This document shows, one piece after another, positions 45,301 through 55,610 of a stretch of 64,000 nucleotides of DNA (the first letter of the stretch is position 1; each line of letters opens with the position of its first letter). The stretch spans positions 864,001-928,000 of the forward strand of contig CAWDOD010000002.1 in the NCBI GenBank assembly GCA_963803805.1, read 5' to 3'. Source of the DNA: an uncultured cyanobacterium. GTDB lineage: Bacteria > Cyanobacteriota > Cyanobacteriia > Cyanobacteriales > CAWCAG01. A program made the translations under genes and the position numbers. The notes beneath the pieces were generated by a model. It ran no database searches and had not been told where the DNA came from. It worked only from the letters and a program-made list of their open reading frames with translations.

Positions 45301-47421
45301 TTGAGCTTCGCTAGAGACAGCACCACCAACAAAAATTTCACCACTGCTAATGATATTGATATTGCCACTACTAGCATAGCCAGGAGACTCAATTCCTCCT
45401 GTAATGTTTATGCTACCTTGGTTTGTTTTGAGGGTAAGGTTTGCACCTCTAGCACCTTCTTGTCTTGTACCATTTGCTAGTATTCTTGTTGCTCCTGCAC
45501 TAATACCTGGAGTGCCAATAACAATATCATTTTTAGCTTCTAAGTTAATTTCAGCTACCCTATTCCCTGTAAAACTACCACTGCTGAGATTGCGAGCAAT
45601 ATTAATTGTGTCACCACTAGTGATAGTAATATTGCCACCGTTTATGTCTCCCTGGGAGTCGATAATACCGCCATTGATATTGACGTTACCCCCAGCATTA
45701 ATGACGTTACCCCCAGCATTAATGTTGATATTGCCACCATTACAATTATTACAAAAGTTTGTATAAATTGACTCTAAATTTGCTTCACTTCCTGCCTGAA
45801 AATTTAGAGAACCACCGGCGGTATATATATCATTGGTTATATTTATTTTTTCCCCTGCTAAGAAGGTGATTGTTTCACCAAATTCTTGATTAGTAAAAAC
45901 CAAATCTCCTGGGAGTTGCGAATTAATATCCTGGGTTGCTTGTAATGTAATGTTACCGGTTAAAGCAGTTAGTGCTGTTTTGCTAATAAAAAAATTTACC
46001 ATGCCACCATCAGAGGAACTGATCTGGCCATCTAAAACTTCACCATCATGGCTGCCTCTGTCTGTGATAATAATATTTCTCGGATCAAGTAAAACACTAC
46101 CATTTTCACCAACAACTGCCCCAACATCTACATCTCCCCAAAAAGCCAAGTTTTTCTTCCCTGATACTTCCACAAAACCACCGTTACCAAACTCACTACC
46201 ACCACGGGCATTAATGCTGCCATAAAACCCTGTGGCTTCATCTGCCCAAACAATTACACGGCCACCATTTCCTGTTAACCAGCTATCTGCATTAATCACC
46301 CCATCACTACTAACAAAAGTGCGAGAAGCAGTTGGTATTTTTCCCCTACCTTGATAATCTCCACCTACAAAAACATTGCCACCACCATTAGTACCAGAAG
46401 CATTAATTTCAACTCCCATTAAGAAAGTGCGATCGCCAAAAATTCCTACATCACCACCAACCCCTCCAGAATGAGAAACATCAATAGTACCCGTTGCGAT
46501 CGCACCCCCTCCTTGAGTAGTTATTTTAATACCAGAATCAGTCAACTGAATTTCCCCATTATCATCAAAATTCAATTCTGTTTCTACAGTTACAGCCGCA
46601 GTTAATAAAGCAGGTAAATCAAGAGGATTAATCGGTAAAACTTGCCCCTGATTATCTCTAGGAGGTTCAATTTCTAAACTTAATATTTGCCCCGGCTGAC
46701 TAATCTTAACTCGACTTGTTCCAGGAATAGCAGAAATAAGAATATTACCTCCTGATGCAGTCAACTTACCAGTATTAATAACACTCCCACTTAACAAAGT
46801 TAAATTCTGCCCTTCTCCTACGACTAAATCCCCAGCATTAATTATTACTCCGTTGTTAGATAAATCAAAAGCAAAACTATTAGGATCACCAATTAAATTT
46901 TGATAATCATTTGTACCAAAAGCATCAAACCAATTACCATCACGGAAACCAATACCTGTAGAAGTTGTAGCGGTGAAATCCCCCCCTACATTTAAACTTG
47001 CCCCTACACCAAAGACTATCCCTGCCGGATTCATCAAATAGAGGTTAGCATTACTGCCTGTAATTTGAATTAAACCATTAATAATCGAAGGATCACCCCC
47101 AACCACTCTACCTAAAATATTTTGTATACCAGGTTGAGAGAGGAAATTAGCAACTTGATTAGCATCCAAACCAAACTGTTGAAAACTGTGAAAAAGGTTT
47201 GTACTATCACCAGAAAGAGAACCACCATTAATGTTGAATTGATTACCGTCAATATTAATAATCGTACCAGTGCCATCATTAGCTGGAGTAATGGTTTGCC
47301 CTAGAACAGCTTGCCCGTTGATAATCAACCCAAGAGTACAAAAAGCCAACCCGAAACTTCCTGAAAAGTTGCCAATTTTCTGCTGGAAATTACTCGATAA
47401 AGCTAATTTACTTGTCTCCAT
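42301..47421 (-). CDS. Filamentous haemagglutinin (TPS domain, beta-helix) fused to a C-terminal CHAT protease domain
   Basis: Signal peptide; NLFHSFQQF and [14 protein letters not shown] motifs; [38 protein letters not shown]. Start is 47421 or 47454. Confidence 0.9.
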   Translation of the reverse strand: METSKLALSSNFQQKIGNFSGSFGLAFCTLGLIINGQAVLGQTITPANDGTGTIINIDGNQFNINGGSLSGDSTNLFHSFQQFGLDANQVANFLSQPGIQNILGRVVGGDPSIINGLIQITGSNANLYLMNPAGIVFGVGASLNVGGDFTATTSTGIGFRDGNWFDAFGTNDYQNLIGDPNSFAFDLSNNGVIINAGDLVVGEGQNLTLLSGSVINTGKLTASGGNILISAIPGTSRVKISQPGQILSLEIEPPRDNQGQVLPINPLDLPALLTAAVTVETELNFDDNGEIQLTDSGIKITTQGGGAIATGTIDVSHSGGVGGDVGIFGDRTFLMGVEINASGTNGGGNVFVGGDYQGRGKIPTASRTFVSSDGVINADSWLTGNGGRVIVWADEATGFYGSINARGGSEFGNGGFVEVSGKKNLAFWGDVDVGAVVGENGSVLLDPRNIIITDRGSHDGEVLDGQISSSDGGMVNFFISKTALTALTGNITLQATQDINSQLPGDLVFTNQEFGETITFLAGEKINITNDIYTAGGSLNFQAGSEANLESIYTNFCNNCNGGNININAGGNVINAGGNVNINGGIIDSQGDINGGNITITSGDTINIARNLSSGSFTGNRVAEINLEAKNDIVIGTPGISAGATRILANGTRQEGARGANLTLKTNQGSINITGGIESPGYASSGNINIISSGEIFVGGAVSSEAQIYDNTPPTTPTRASNIYLEAKGSISINRGIVAVGELGGGDIKIQSGSYFEVGENISAFAASAGKGGEVSIDAEGNIVINSIAAYGSERGGNIVLDSDGAIKVEGGTIDAQSLLEAGFVSLTAVDNITTGEIVTSGERGGNITLNSLNGSIDTTAGIINAAGGIDGGDITLSAPGDINTGTVTSFFSGFGGNSGNLSITSSNGNIDSSQGALIAGSAYGTGGEITLDAFGKITADVIDALSFSPLQPGGEINLTAGQNIISNGNISTSRNNITLNAPVTIANNLSVKTSEGGKIFFNKTVDGNHNLTIETESGFTQLNDAVGSAIPLQSLQVQGNITTTNPAGVDITTVQNLSTANITSPQGISLTSNSGNIFTNILDTSFLNNAGNIFLQAPNNIQVSQINTQSLAAKGGNLDITTGLFRASDSFLNQNGINASISTAGGQEGGTIVIRHGGNGIIPFIVGDSAINGTTAALTRGNAATEETISPTQTYYPTHKQDQDRIQIISTPQLQPPIVVTPTPTSPVQPPSGDNPVTDLALLIGDILGVETRIEQNPDSEDYYLEWPVSDQQILSLNVPALPLQITNNSLPYAAPLIPSEDIVSFLDQYFENQLEEYYEENITDKEVNAENLRQTLNNIEEKTGNKAVIVYGVVSKQGLHLTLVRPQGPPLTTVVKEANQQTLEIELEKFRNSLAKPISNPSTYLPQAQKLYHWLISPLESELETLEIDTLIFIMDGGLRHLPLAALHDGEQFLIEKYSLGSVPSISLTDTSYQTLDKSEVLAMGADSFAHHNLDDLPAVPTELNSIAGKMWPGESFLNEHFTLNNLRNQRSEKGFDIIHLATHASFSTTTNKNPYIQFWDKKVGLDGLRDARWYHGKMVQLLTLSACETAVGDLRSEMGFAGLAVRAGVKSTLASLWQVDDFATFALMSKFYDQLSTPEVTLKAEVLQEAQIAMLKGNLTVKVGKVQGLKEEITLPEELQDWEGKDLSHPHYWSGFTMIGSPW

Positions 47422-47471
47422 ATTTCTAACTTTCACTGGTAGATACCTTTCCAAAAATAAACTATGAATTT

Positions 47472-48551
47472 CTAGCGAAACTCCTCATCAAGTTGCTGCA
47501 ATTGCACCTTCAAACTTGCTACTTTTTCTAAATCACCCAATACTTCGTAACCTTCTTTAGCCGCCGTTAAATTTTGATGTGCCTTTTCTGAATCATCAAG
47601 GGAAATATAAACTTGCCCTAAACTATCTTGAATAGCTGCTTTGGCTTCAAGATTATCTGCATTAACTAACTCTAAAGCTTGCTTGTAATATACTTCTGCT
47701 TGGGGAACCAATAACTGTTCCAAGAAATATAAATCACCAAGCTGTTGATAAAGTGCTGCCGTTTGCACCTTGTTGATGACAGACTCTTCCAACAGTAACA
47801 AAGCTTCACTCTGCAAACCATATTCTAAATAAACATTAGCGATCGCGATGCCCTTACCCACATCATCCAATGATCCTTGCTGAATTTCGGCTTCTGCTGC
47901 ACGAAGTTGCTGCACCTCTGCTTCATCAAGAAGTTTAATTAAAGGGGACAGGTAAAACTCCCCCGTATCTGCTATCACAGTAATCAAATACTCCTTACCA
48001 GATTGTAGGGATTGTTCTCCTGCATAAACTACTTGAGTCTGACTAACTTCAGTTTGCCAAACAACCTGCCCACCCTCCTCCACGGTAACTGTGTAACTAT
48101 TCGCCCCCGGCACTTCTTGCCAGCGTAAACTTGGTTGAGCATTGAGTAATTTAGTATACCGAGGACTAATCAAATAAGGGGTTGGTTGTTGCTCCCAAGG
48201 AACTACTTTATCACCACGTCTAGGACAACGCTTCAACCCAGAAGTGCATTTATCCTCTGCTGCCACCTCCCCACAGTTATTAGCTTGACTAGTTTGAATA
48301 GATTGCAAAGTTAAATCAGCACATTGCACCACCACCTTGCTATTATTGAGGGAGATTAACTCATCCCCTGGATAAAGAAAAGTACCAATAGTCGCATTGA
48401 AAGTTTCTCTCGACTCCCTTTTGAGATGCACCTGACCAGCTAAGGAAATAATTTGCCCATTAGCAACAGAGTTAGAAACAGCATCTAAAGGCATTGCCAA
48501 GGTAGTAGTTAAGCCCAAACCAAGTAGATAAATAGTACCTTGAAACTTCAC
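47472..48551 (-). CDS. Exported protein with FecR-like N-domain, Cys linker, Ig/DUF928-like middle and TPR C-terminus
   Basis: Signal peptide; GQVHLKR...[10 protein letters not shown]...[16 protein letters not shown]...[15 protein letters not shown]-like helices. Confidence 0.65.
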   Translation of the reverse strand: MKFQGTIYLLGLGLTTTLAMPLDAVSNSVANGQIISLAGQVHLKRESRETFNATIGTFLYPGDELISLNNSKVVVQCADLTLQSIQTSQANNCGEVAAEDKCTSGLKRCPRRGDKVVPWEQQPTPYLISPRYTKLLNAQPSLRWQEVPGANSYTVTVEEGGQVVWQTEVSQTQVVYAGEQSLQSGKEYLITVIADTGEFYLSPLIKLLDEAEVQQLRAAEAEIQQGSLDDVGKGIAIANVYLEYGLQSEALLLLEESVINKVQTAALYQQLGDLYFLEQLLVPQAEVYYKQALELVNADNLEAKAAIQDSLGQVYISLDDSEKAHQNLTAAKEGYEVLGDLEKVASLKVQLQQLDEEFR

Positions 48552-48602
48552 AAGTCAATCTCCTCAACTAGCAGTTTGCTCTACAACTCTCAATCCGGTT
48601 AG

Positions 48603-48626
48603 AGCAAGGTGACTTAACCCCTTGCT
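48603..48626. repeat. REP-like palindrome
   Basis: agcaaggtgacttaaccccttgct imperfect inverted repeat. Confidence 0.4.
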
Positions 48627-48704
48627 AATTAGACTTTAGTCTTAACTCAACAAACAAAGAAATGCTTGTTGCTAATTGTACCTTGAGAACACCAAAATCG
48701 ATAA

Positions 48705-51464
48705 TTAAACCAAGAGAGAATCTGGAGCAACAGTGTTGATTTCCAAGTTAGTAACTCGAAAACGTTCACCATCTCCAGAAGAGAAAGAAACAGCATCAAA
48801 ACTCCTACCCAAACTGCCACCTAAGTCAGCCGCACCCATATAAAACTGCTCTTCTGTAAGATCATCAATCATGGCTGTTTGCACCTTAGTAAATGTGTTA
48901 CCCTGCTGTGACCAAAAATCTATCAGTACATCGGCTTGAGCATCAGCATTATCATTTGTAGCCTTGACAGCAAAGGAAACTCCTGTAGTCCCTAGGAGAG
49001 GATCTTTGAGGTCAAAAAACAGCATTTCATTAGCATTAATATCCTTCCCACCGCTAGTTGCTCCCTCATCACCCCCAAAACCTTCATCTTTACCGATACC
49101 ATTGCGATCTATACCAAATTCTAAATCAAAGCCGTCTGATTCCAGGGTAATCTTTTGAGAAATAAGTACTTTCTCATTATTATCAGGATCAAAAGCTTCC
49201 ATCTCCCCACTCTCAAAGTCAAAGCTAAATTGATTAGGGCTTCCTGCACCTTGCTTAAACTTAAAACCCTGGTAGTCAATCAAATCTTCCAGATCACCAG
49301 GAGAATTAGCAAGGTTGCTTTCCGGAATCTCAAAACCATAATCACGATTCTGATTAATTATCCCACCAGAATCATCTTTTTGATCAGTTAGTTGACGGCG
49401 TGCTTTTGAGCCATTACCATTATCAGCACCATTAAGTTGCCCACGATGTAATTCAGATTCCAATTCGATAGTACCACCATTGATAAGCTCAACTCTGGGG
49501 GTAGAAAATTCCAGATGAGAGTTAGCAACATCATCGTTAATGATTGTACCCATGCCTTGAGAATCGGCAAAGCTGACATTCCGACTATTTACTTGCAGGT
49601 TAGATAGGTTAACAAAGAATGTTTCATCTAGTTCTACTTTCAGATCCCCATTGATAGTAACTGGAATAGTTATAGTTTCACCGTTGACATCAACTGGAAT
49701 AGTTGGCGCTATTTGAATGTTACCAAAGTTGCTAACATAGTCAGCATCACCAATAGTTGCTGTGCCATCAACCGTCTCAAAATCGAGAAAAATATCCGTA
49801 TCAACAGGCTGATCCAGGGTTAAAGTGAAGTTGGCAATGGTACTGCTGCTATCCCCTTCCACGACGGTTACATCGTTAATAGATATTGTCGCATCATCAT
49901 CATTAATAATCTCCCCCACACCTTGAGAGTCAACAATAATTGCTCCTCCGGTTGGGTTGGATAAGTTGGCAAAGAAGCTTTCATTCAACTCCACAATATT
50001 ATCAGTTGTGATTGGCACTAATACCTCTTGACTAGTAACTCCTGGTGCAAAGTTTACCGGCCCAAATACGCTATTATAGTCCTGACCTGCAATAGCAGTG
50101 TTATCTGCTGTGGCAAAGTCCACAGTGTGAGTGATGTTACTTACCCGATCCATTGAGACAATAAATTTAGCAAAGTTGGAACCCCCTGTCCCCTCAATAA
50201 CCGGAGCATTGCTAATGGAAAATTCAGGGTTGTCATCATTAAGAATCCTACCAATTCCTTGAGTATCAGCAAAGGTTACAACACGCCCACTTGCTTGAAT
50301 TTCAAGTAGGTTGACGAAAAAATTCTCATCTATTTCTACCTTGCTGTCACCATTGATAGCAACTGAAATAGCCTCTGTTGTTTTAACACTACCAGACTTG
50401 CTAACATAGTCAGCATCAGCAACAGTTGCTGTTCCGTCAGCAGTCTCAAACTTAACAAAAACATCAGTATCAATAGGATTATCAACGCTTAAATTAAAGT
50501 TAGCTAAACTGTTTCCGCTATTCCCTTCCACAACAGTTACATCGTTAATAGATATTGTCGCATCATCATCATTAACAATGATTGCACGACCTTGAGGATC
50601 ACCAATAGTTGCTCCTCCAGTTGGGTTAAATAGATTAAGGTAAAAATCTTCAGTCAACTCAACTATATTATCGGTTACTATTGGAAGCGATACATTTTGA
50701 CTGGTAACTCCTGGTAAAAAGGTTAATGTCCCTGCTCCTCCTCCATAGTCTTCCCCAGCAATAGCAGTACCATTTGCTGTGGCAAAGCTTACAGTGTGGG
50801 TGAGTTCACTTGCCCGATTCATTGAAATAGTGAAATTAGCAAAGTTGGAACCTCCTGTTCCCTCAACAACAACAACATCGTTGATGAAAAATTGAGGTGC
50901 ATCTTGTCGTGTCAATTCTAACTGAAACGCACCCATTTTCTGATTTATAGGGCCGCTAGGAATACGATTACCGCTATTAATCTCGGTCGCATCGTACTTT
51001 CCATTCCCTTGGGCTGTAACACCGATGAAAAATGTATTAGTGCTTGGGGCTTGAAACAACAGTGTAGGATCTGCTGAGATGATTCCACTTTCAGGATCAA
51101 TACCATCGTCAGCAACTTTTAACTCTTTACCATTTGCGTTAAAAACGCGAATCATACTATCCAAATTGGAACGCTGCTTGAGACCAAAGTTATTTGGATT
51201 AAGAATTGCTCCCTTGCCATCATTATCTCGCGCATCAACATCAATGAGGAGAAATTCCCCTTGTTTTAGCTTAACCCCAAAAAGATCCACATCACTACCA
51301 TCTCTGGCAACATTGTTACCAATCATCTCTGTTGAATGAAACGGAGTCTGTAAGTAGTCTATGGGGCTAGTTAATTCAACTTTAACTCCAATGTCTAGCT
51401 CATTTCTTTTAACGATGTCTGCTAAACCGATTTTATCAGCTTCATTAATCCTTACTCTTGCCAT
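48705..51464 (-). CDS. Calx-beta repeat protein (4 repeats) with N-terminal PPC-like domain
   Basis: ISINDVTVVEG...GTA...DY...DNIVELxE.F...I.NDD four times; DVDLF/LDSMIRVF PPC-like segment; AGGAG RBS. Confidence 0.85.
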   Translation of the reverse strand: MARVRINEADKIGLADIVKRNELDIGVKVELTSPIDYLQTPFHSTEMIGNNVARDGSDVDLFGVKLKQGEFLLIDVDARDNDGKGAILNPNNFGLKQRSNLDSMIRVFNANGKELKVADDGIDPESGIISADPTLLFQAPSTNTFFIGVTAQGNGKYDATEINSGNRIPSGPINQKMGAFQLELTRQDAPQFFINDVVVVEGTGGSNFANFTISMNRASELTHTVSFATANGTAIAGEDYGGGAGTLTFLPGVTSQNVSLPIVTDNIVELTEDFYLNLFNPTGGATIGDPQGRAIIVNDDDATISINDVTVVEGNSGNSLANFNLSVDNPIDTDVFVKFETADGTATVADADYVSKSGSVKTTEAISVAINGDSKVEIDENFFVNLLEIQASGRVVTFADTQGIGRILNDDNPEFSISNAPVIEGTGGSNFAKFIVSMDRVSNITHTVDFATADNTAIAGQDYNSVFGPVNFAPGVTSQEVLVPITTDNIVELNESFFANLSNPTGGAIIVDSQGVGEIINDDDATISINDVTVVEGDSSSTIANFTLTLDQPVDTDIFLDFETVDGTATIGDADYVSNFGNIQIAPTIPVDVNGETITIPVTINGDLKVELDETFFVNLSNLQVNSRNVSFADSQGMGTIINDDVANSHLEFSTPRVELINGGTIELESELHRGQLNGADNGNGSKARRQLTDQKDDSGGIINQNRDYGFEIPESNLANSPGDLEDLIDYQGFKFKQGAGSPNQFSFDFESGEMEAFDPDNNEKVLISQKITLESDGFDLEFGIDRNGIGKDEGFGGDEGATSGGKDINANEMLFFDLKDPLLGTTGVSFAVKATNDNADAQADVLIDFWSQQGNTFTKVQTAMIDDLTEEQFYMGAADLGGSLGRSFDAVSFSSGDGERFRVTNLEINTVAPDSLLV

Positions 51465-51525
51465 GAGCTTCTCCTTGAAAGTTTTTATACTAAATTGCAG
51501 CTAGCAACACGTTTATTTAGCTTGC

Positions 51526-51581
51526 TATTTACTTATCTGCTAGAAAAAAACTTTTTTTGCAAAAAGCCCAGAGAAATTTTT
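51526..51581 (-). promoter_or_regulatory. Island motif copy 2, upstream of the Calx-beta gene
   Basis: + strand tatttacttatctgctagaaaaaaactttttttgcaaaaagcccagagaaattttt. Confidence 0.75.
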
Positions 51582-51646
51582 CAGATTCCCCAAAAATAGA
51601 GCTAATCTGCGAATATCAAGATTTATAAAGAATGGGTAAAAACTAT

Positions 51647-53458
51647 TTAATTACTATGGTTTAGTCTTTGCCAAGCCTTTTCAATACATTCTTCTTCTTC
51701 AGGAACACTTGATTTGGAGTATTGCCAAGTTTTTCGCCATGCTTTCATCGCTTCTGCATTCCTATCTTTCGCCTCTAAAGCCTGTGCCAATAAACAATAA
51801 GCATGGGGGCTTTTTTCTTCTAAAGCTATTGCTTTCTCCAAATCAACCAAAGCCTCATCTACACGCCCCTTTTGCCAACGTACCCAGGCACGATTTTTTA
51901 AACAGGAAGTTTTAACACTATCGTATTTAGTTTGGTTTAAACATTGCTCAACCGCCTTAAGAGCAGCTTCTGGATTGTTCTTTTTTATGTACAAACTGGC
52001 TACATCTGCAAAAGCTTCCGGTGATCCTCGCAAAGCTGCTTTTTGATAAGCTTCGACAGTGCAGTCTAAATCATCTAAAACATCATCGCAAAGTACCGCT
52101 AAATTGTAGTGAGGGGTAGCATAATTCAAGTCTAGTAAAGTTGCTAAACCATAGAAACCCTGTGCTAAAAAGTATTGTCCTTGATTATCTTTTTCTAAGC
52201 CAATATTATTCATTTGCCTAGCTAACTTAGAACCAAAAAACAAATAGCTAACAAATAAAGCTAAACTAGTTAATGTTACGAATTTGGTTATTCTTTTACC
52301 TATACCCAACCAAACTCTCTCTCTAGATTCTATTGCTGAATCAGACTGACTTGCATTACCCCATTCTTGCCAACTAGGAGGAGTAATAGCTGGATGCTGA
52401 CAAATAACTGGTAGCCAACTAGCCCCAGGGAAGTAATGTTCCAACCCTTTCAGTTGCTCCCTGGCTTGCCTCACTGCAACGTAAAAAGGTTCTCCATCAG
52501 CAAAGGCTCGGAAGAAGTACTGCAAAAAAGCAGGGGCGACAGGATCAGGAACCGGTTCCCGCATGACAATAATTGGTGGTAAAGGAACTTTGGCTTTTGC
52601 TAACTGCCGTGGTAAACCTAAACCATCACAGGAGTTGAAAATAGCTAGCTGCAAACCTTTGCTCACAGAGATATGCAATGCTTCTTGCAACTCAGCAATG
52701 GTTATACTATTATGGTCAGGAAGTTGATTGATAAAGAGGTTCCCTGTGGTGGCATTGGCATTGCTAGAACTATGACCTGCAAAAAATAAAAAATCCCAAC
52801 CTTGTTCCCAAAGTTGGGCTGTCAATTCATCTCTTTCTGGTTCAAATAATAGCTTTAGTTCTACTCCTGGTAGTTTCTTGAGTAACTGCAAATCCTCCTG
52901 AAGATTGATACCGTTGCTATTACCAAAAATAGCGAGGATTTTTATTTTTGCCCCCAATTTTTTGTTAATTAAAGGAGGTGGTGCAGGATATTCTGGTGTG
53001 CTGAGGGCTATTTCTGCATAGCGATAGTCTTCTTTAACTAGTTTCCATAATGACCAAGGTAATCGCCACACTTGCTCATCATCACTTTCAATGATTATTT
53101 GTATAGCTTGGTAGGGGGCTAACTGAGTCCTCAGTTGCTGCTCAATTTCGCGAAAGCCCTCGCTACCCAGCCAGTTGTTAATTTGTGTAGCTAAGTTTTC
53201 TCCTATAGTTTGGAACTCAACTTCTGAAACCTGGGTGATGCCCTCTGGTTTGATTTCAATGTCAGCCCTAGTTGTATTTTGATACAAAGCCAGATAAAGC
53301 AATTGCCAACGCCCATACAATTCAGGTAAATGGCGGGCTGGAGGTAAACTTCCTCTCAACTGCATGGTGAGATTCCCTGGTTTTCCTAACCTTGCTGTTA
53401 CCTGGGGAAAACCATCATCAAAGTTTCCTGATTCTAGATTTAAAACTACTAAATTCAT
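51647..53458 (-). CDS. CHAT (clan CD) protease - TM helix - TPR protein
   Basis: LFFAGHS and AIFNSCDGLG His/Cys dyad, IVMREPVPD, TM FVTLTSLALFVSYLFF, C-terminal TPRs. Confidence 0.88.
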   Translation of the reverse strand: MNLVVLNLESGNFDDGFPQVTARLGKPGNLTMQLRGSLPPARHLPELYGRWQLLYLALYQNTTRADIEIKPEGITQVSEVEFQTIGENLATQINNWLGSEGFREIEQQLRTQLAPYQAIQIIIESDDEQVWRLPWSLWKLVKEDYRYAEIALSTPEYPAPPPLINKKLGAKIKILAIFGNSNGINLQEDLQLLKKLPGVELKLLFEPERDELTAQLWEQGWDFLFFAGHSSSNANATTGNLFINQLPDHNSITIAELQEALHISVSKGLQLAIFNSCDGLGLPRQLAKAKVPLPPIIVMREPVPDPVAPAFLQYFFRAFADGEPFYVAVRQAREQLKGLEHYFPGASWLPVICQHPAITPPSWQEWGNASQSDSAIESRERVWLGIGKRITKFVTLTSLALFVSYLFFGSKLARQMNNIGLEKDNQGQYFLAQGFYGLATLLDLNYATPHYNLAVLCDDVLDDLDCTVEAYQKAALRGSPEAFADVASLYIKKNNPEAALKAVEQCLNQTKYDSVKTSCLKNRAWVRWQKGRVDEALVDLEKAIALEEKSPHAYCLLAQALEAKDRNAEAMKAWRKTWQYSKSSVPEEEECIEKAWQRLNHSN

Positions 53459-53624
53459 AATTGCTAAATCATACTAAATCAGGTTTGGTTGCACAAATTA
53501 TTTGTGGGGGTAGGGAGTAGGGAGTAGGCAGCAAGAGGAGTGAAACTTTATTGCTCGGATTCTACAATTAAGGTTTAATAACCGGATTTCGTATCATAGG
53601 TAAAAACAGGAAATAGTTGTTTAA

Positions 53625-54752
53625 TTAACCAAGTTCTTGAAAAGAAAAAGATTCACAGACACAAACATCATCAAGAGCTACCTGTATTTTAAATATAGTA
53701 ACAGGACTCACATAAAAAAGTCGAAGTTGAATATACAAATCTTGACCTCTAGAAACAACTTCTTGTAGTATTTCTTCGGTTTCAGATAACAGAATGAGTT
53801 TCATTTGTGGATATAAGTAGCGATCGCCCGAAGCGGGATGAAGCTGTACAATAATACTAATTCTTTGTTCAGATTCATGGGTTACTCCTACTAACAAAGT
53901 AGCTGCGCGATCATCTAGTTGAACCCCAAGATCAATTAGTTTAGCCCGCTTAACATCAGCTTTGGGTAAAAATTGAGGATTAATTTGTGCTGCTTTTCTG
54001 AAAGTACTATTAAGGGGAGAAGGAGCTTTAATAGAGCCTCGAAATTGCCTACTTGGCTGCGGAGTATTAAGTCTTGCTTCTAAGGTTTGCCAACCATTAC
54101 TGAAAATGTTCTTAAACCAATTTCCTACATTAACTACAGTACTTGTGGGAGGAGATTTCAAGTTCTTTGGCTTAGGTGTAGGAGTCAAAATTGCTTCTAC
54201 ATCTTGCCACTCACTATTAAAACTATTAACCAACCACTGGTTAAGGCTAACGGCAGATTTACCAAGACTTTGCAGGTGTCTCAGGAGAGAATCTAGGGGT
54301 TTTAATTGATTAATAACTAGTGTCCCTTCTTCAGCAGTGGGAGAAAAACCTAGCAACAAGGCTCTTTTAGCTTCCTCATCAATTCCTACTACTACATAAC
54401 CCAGACGAGCTTCTCGTGCTTCTAAAGGCACTGGACAACTGTTAGGTAAGTTATCTAAAGTAATCCTCACAGGACGACATTCTAGTTTCCCCAGCCCTTT
54501 AACTGCTAAATCTGCTACATCTTCGCACATATGCAGTACCGGATTCCAACTATCACCCTTTTCTAATTCAGTATCTATTTGCAAAAGTTGGAGATAATTG
54601 TTTACTACCCAAACTGCCAAGGTATTCAAGTAAATCCGTTCTCCCTGAGAAGCATGAGGTTGGGCAGCAGCAAAGCGTTTTGCGAAAGCGAAACCTGCAC
54701 TATCAATGGGCAGAGGTAAGTATTCTTGGTGAGCATCAATGGAACTATTCAT
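53625..54752 (-). CDS. DUF1822-family protein
   Basis: IYLNTLAVWVVNNYL, ADL...GKLECRPV, GYVVV, LLGF, AKLIDLG, YIQL. Start probably MNSSID at 54752. Confidence 0.85.
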   Translation of the reverse strand: MNSSIDAHQEYLPLPIDSAGFAFAKRFAAAQPHASQGERIYLNTLAVWVVNNYLQLLQIDTELEKGDSWNPVLHMCEDVADLAVKGLGKLECRPVRITLDNLPNSCPVPLEAREARLGYVVVGIDEEAKRALLLGFSPTAEEGTLVINQLKPLDSLLRHLQSLGKSAVSLNQWLVNSFNSEWQDVEAILTPTPKPKNLKSPPTSTVVNVGNWFKNIFSNGWQTLEARLNTPQPSRQFRGSIKAPSPLNSTFRKAAQINPQFLPKADVKRAKLIDLGVQLDDRAATLLVGVTHESEQRISIIVQLHPASGDRYLYPQMKLILLSETEEILQEVVSRGQDLYIQLRLFYVSPVTIFKIQVALDDVCVCESFSFQELG

Positions 54753-54775
54753 AACTTCACTTCCTAATAAATCTT

Positions 54776-55570
54776 TCAAATATATGCTTGAGACTTTGCA
54801 AATTGGCGTAAACGAGGACGGCATTGACGTTTATAAAAACTGTAGAGAGTTGACAAAGGGCAATTTAGTTCTGCGGCTAATTCTTCCCAACCTGTTTCTG
54901 GAGGTAGGCGGCGCAGAATCACCTTTTGGCAAGTAATATCTGGGCGTTTTTTCATGTGAGTACTGGTTAAGTCTCCATCAGGATCACTTCCTACCCAATT
55001 CCTAGTTTCTTCAAGAATAGGAGGTATTTCTTGGGGAGCTTCTGTAAAAGGTTCTGGATCATTGCTTTTTAATTGTTGGTAAAGTTGTCTATCTCTTTGC
55101 TTCTCGGTACGAAAATCTAGAAGTCGATATTTGAGATAGTTATTAAGCCAAGTAATTACAGAACTTCTGGCAGGATTATAAGGTTGACAACTGTTTCCTT
55201 CACAAAGGTTACGAACAAGATATAGCCAAGTTTGCTGTAAAGCATCCTCATAATAAAGAGCATTTTCTCGCCACAATCTCCCAGAATTGACGATGACTCT
55301 AATTAAGTGGTTGAGATATCTTTTTCGTTCCCAACTATCAGCAGGATATTGGCAGCTTTGGGCGACAAGTTGCTTGATTTGCTCTTCTTGTACCATTTTG
55401 GTGCAACACCTGAGTTGGGCTTTGCCTACAGGACTATTTCTCAAGGCTGTCCCTAATCTTCTGGAGTTGCTACCTTTTAAAGCAGAGTTTAGTTGATCAA
55501 GAAGGTTCTCCCCAGGAGAATAGCCATTTTCTCTTAGGTTACGAAAACTTACCCAGCTAGTAACATTCAT
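54776..55570 (-). CDS. Divergent sigma-70 (ECF-like) factor
   Basis: Region-2-like YEDALQQTWL and ITWLNNYL; region-4-like HTH WEELAAELNCPLSTLYSF. Start is 55570 or 55396 (MVQEEQ). Confidence 0.75.
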   Translation of the reverse strand: MNVTSWVSFRNLRENGYSPGENLLDQLNSALKGSNSRRLGTALRNSPVGKAQLRCCTKMVQEEQIKQLVAQSCQYPADSWERKRYLNHLIRVIVNSGRLWRENALYYEDALQQTWLYLVRNLCEGNSCQPYNPARSSVITWLNNYLKYRLLDFRTEKQRDRQLYQQLKSNDPEPFTEAPQEIPPILEETRNWVGSDPDGDLTSTHMKKRPDITCQKVILRRLPPETGWEELAAELNCPLSTLYSFYKRQCRPRLRQFAKSQAYI

Positions 55571-55610
55571 GATTAATTTTGCTCAGAATCTAGATATGTG
55601 TTTGCCTTGC

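Noticed and set aside
54776-55570. Calling the sigma/DUF1822/CHAT genes hetZ, patU3 and hetF
   Set aside because: Only an architectural analogy; orthology cannot be supported from the sequence alone.
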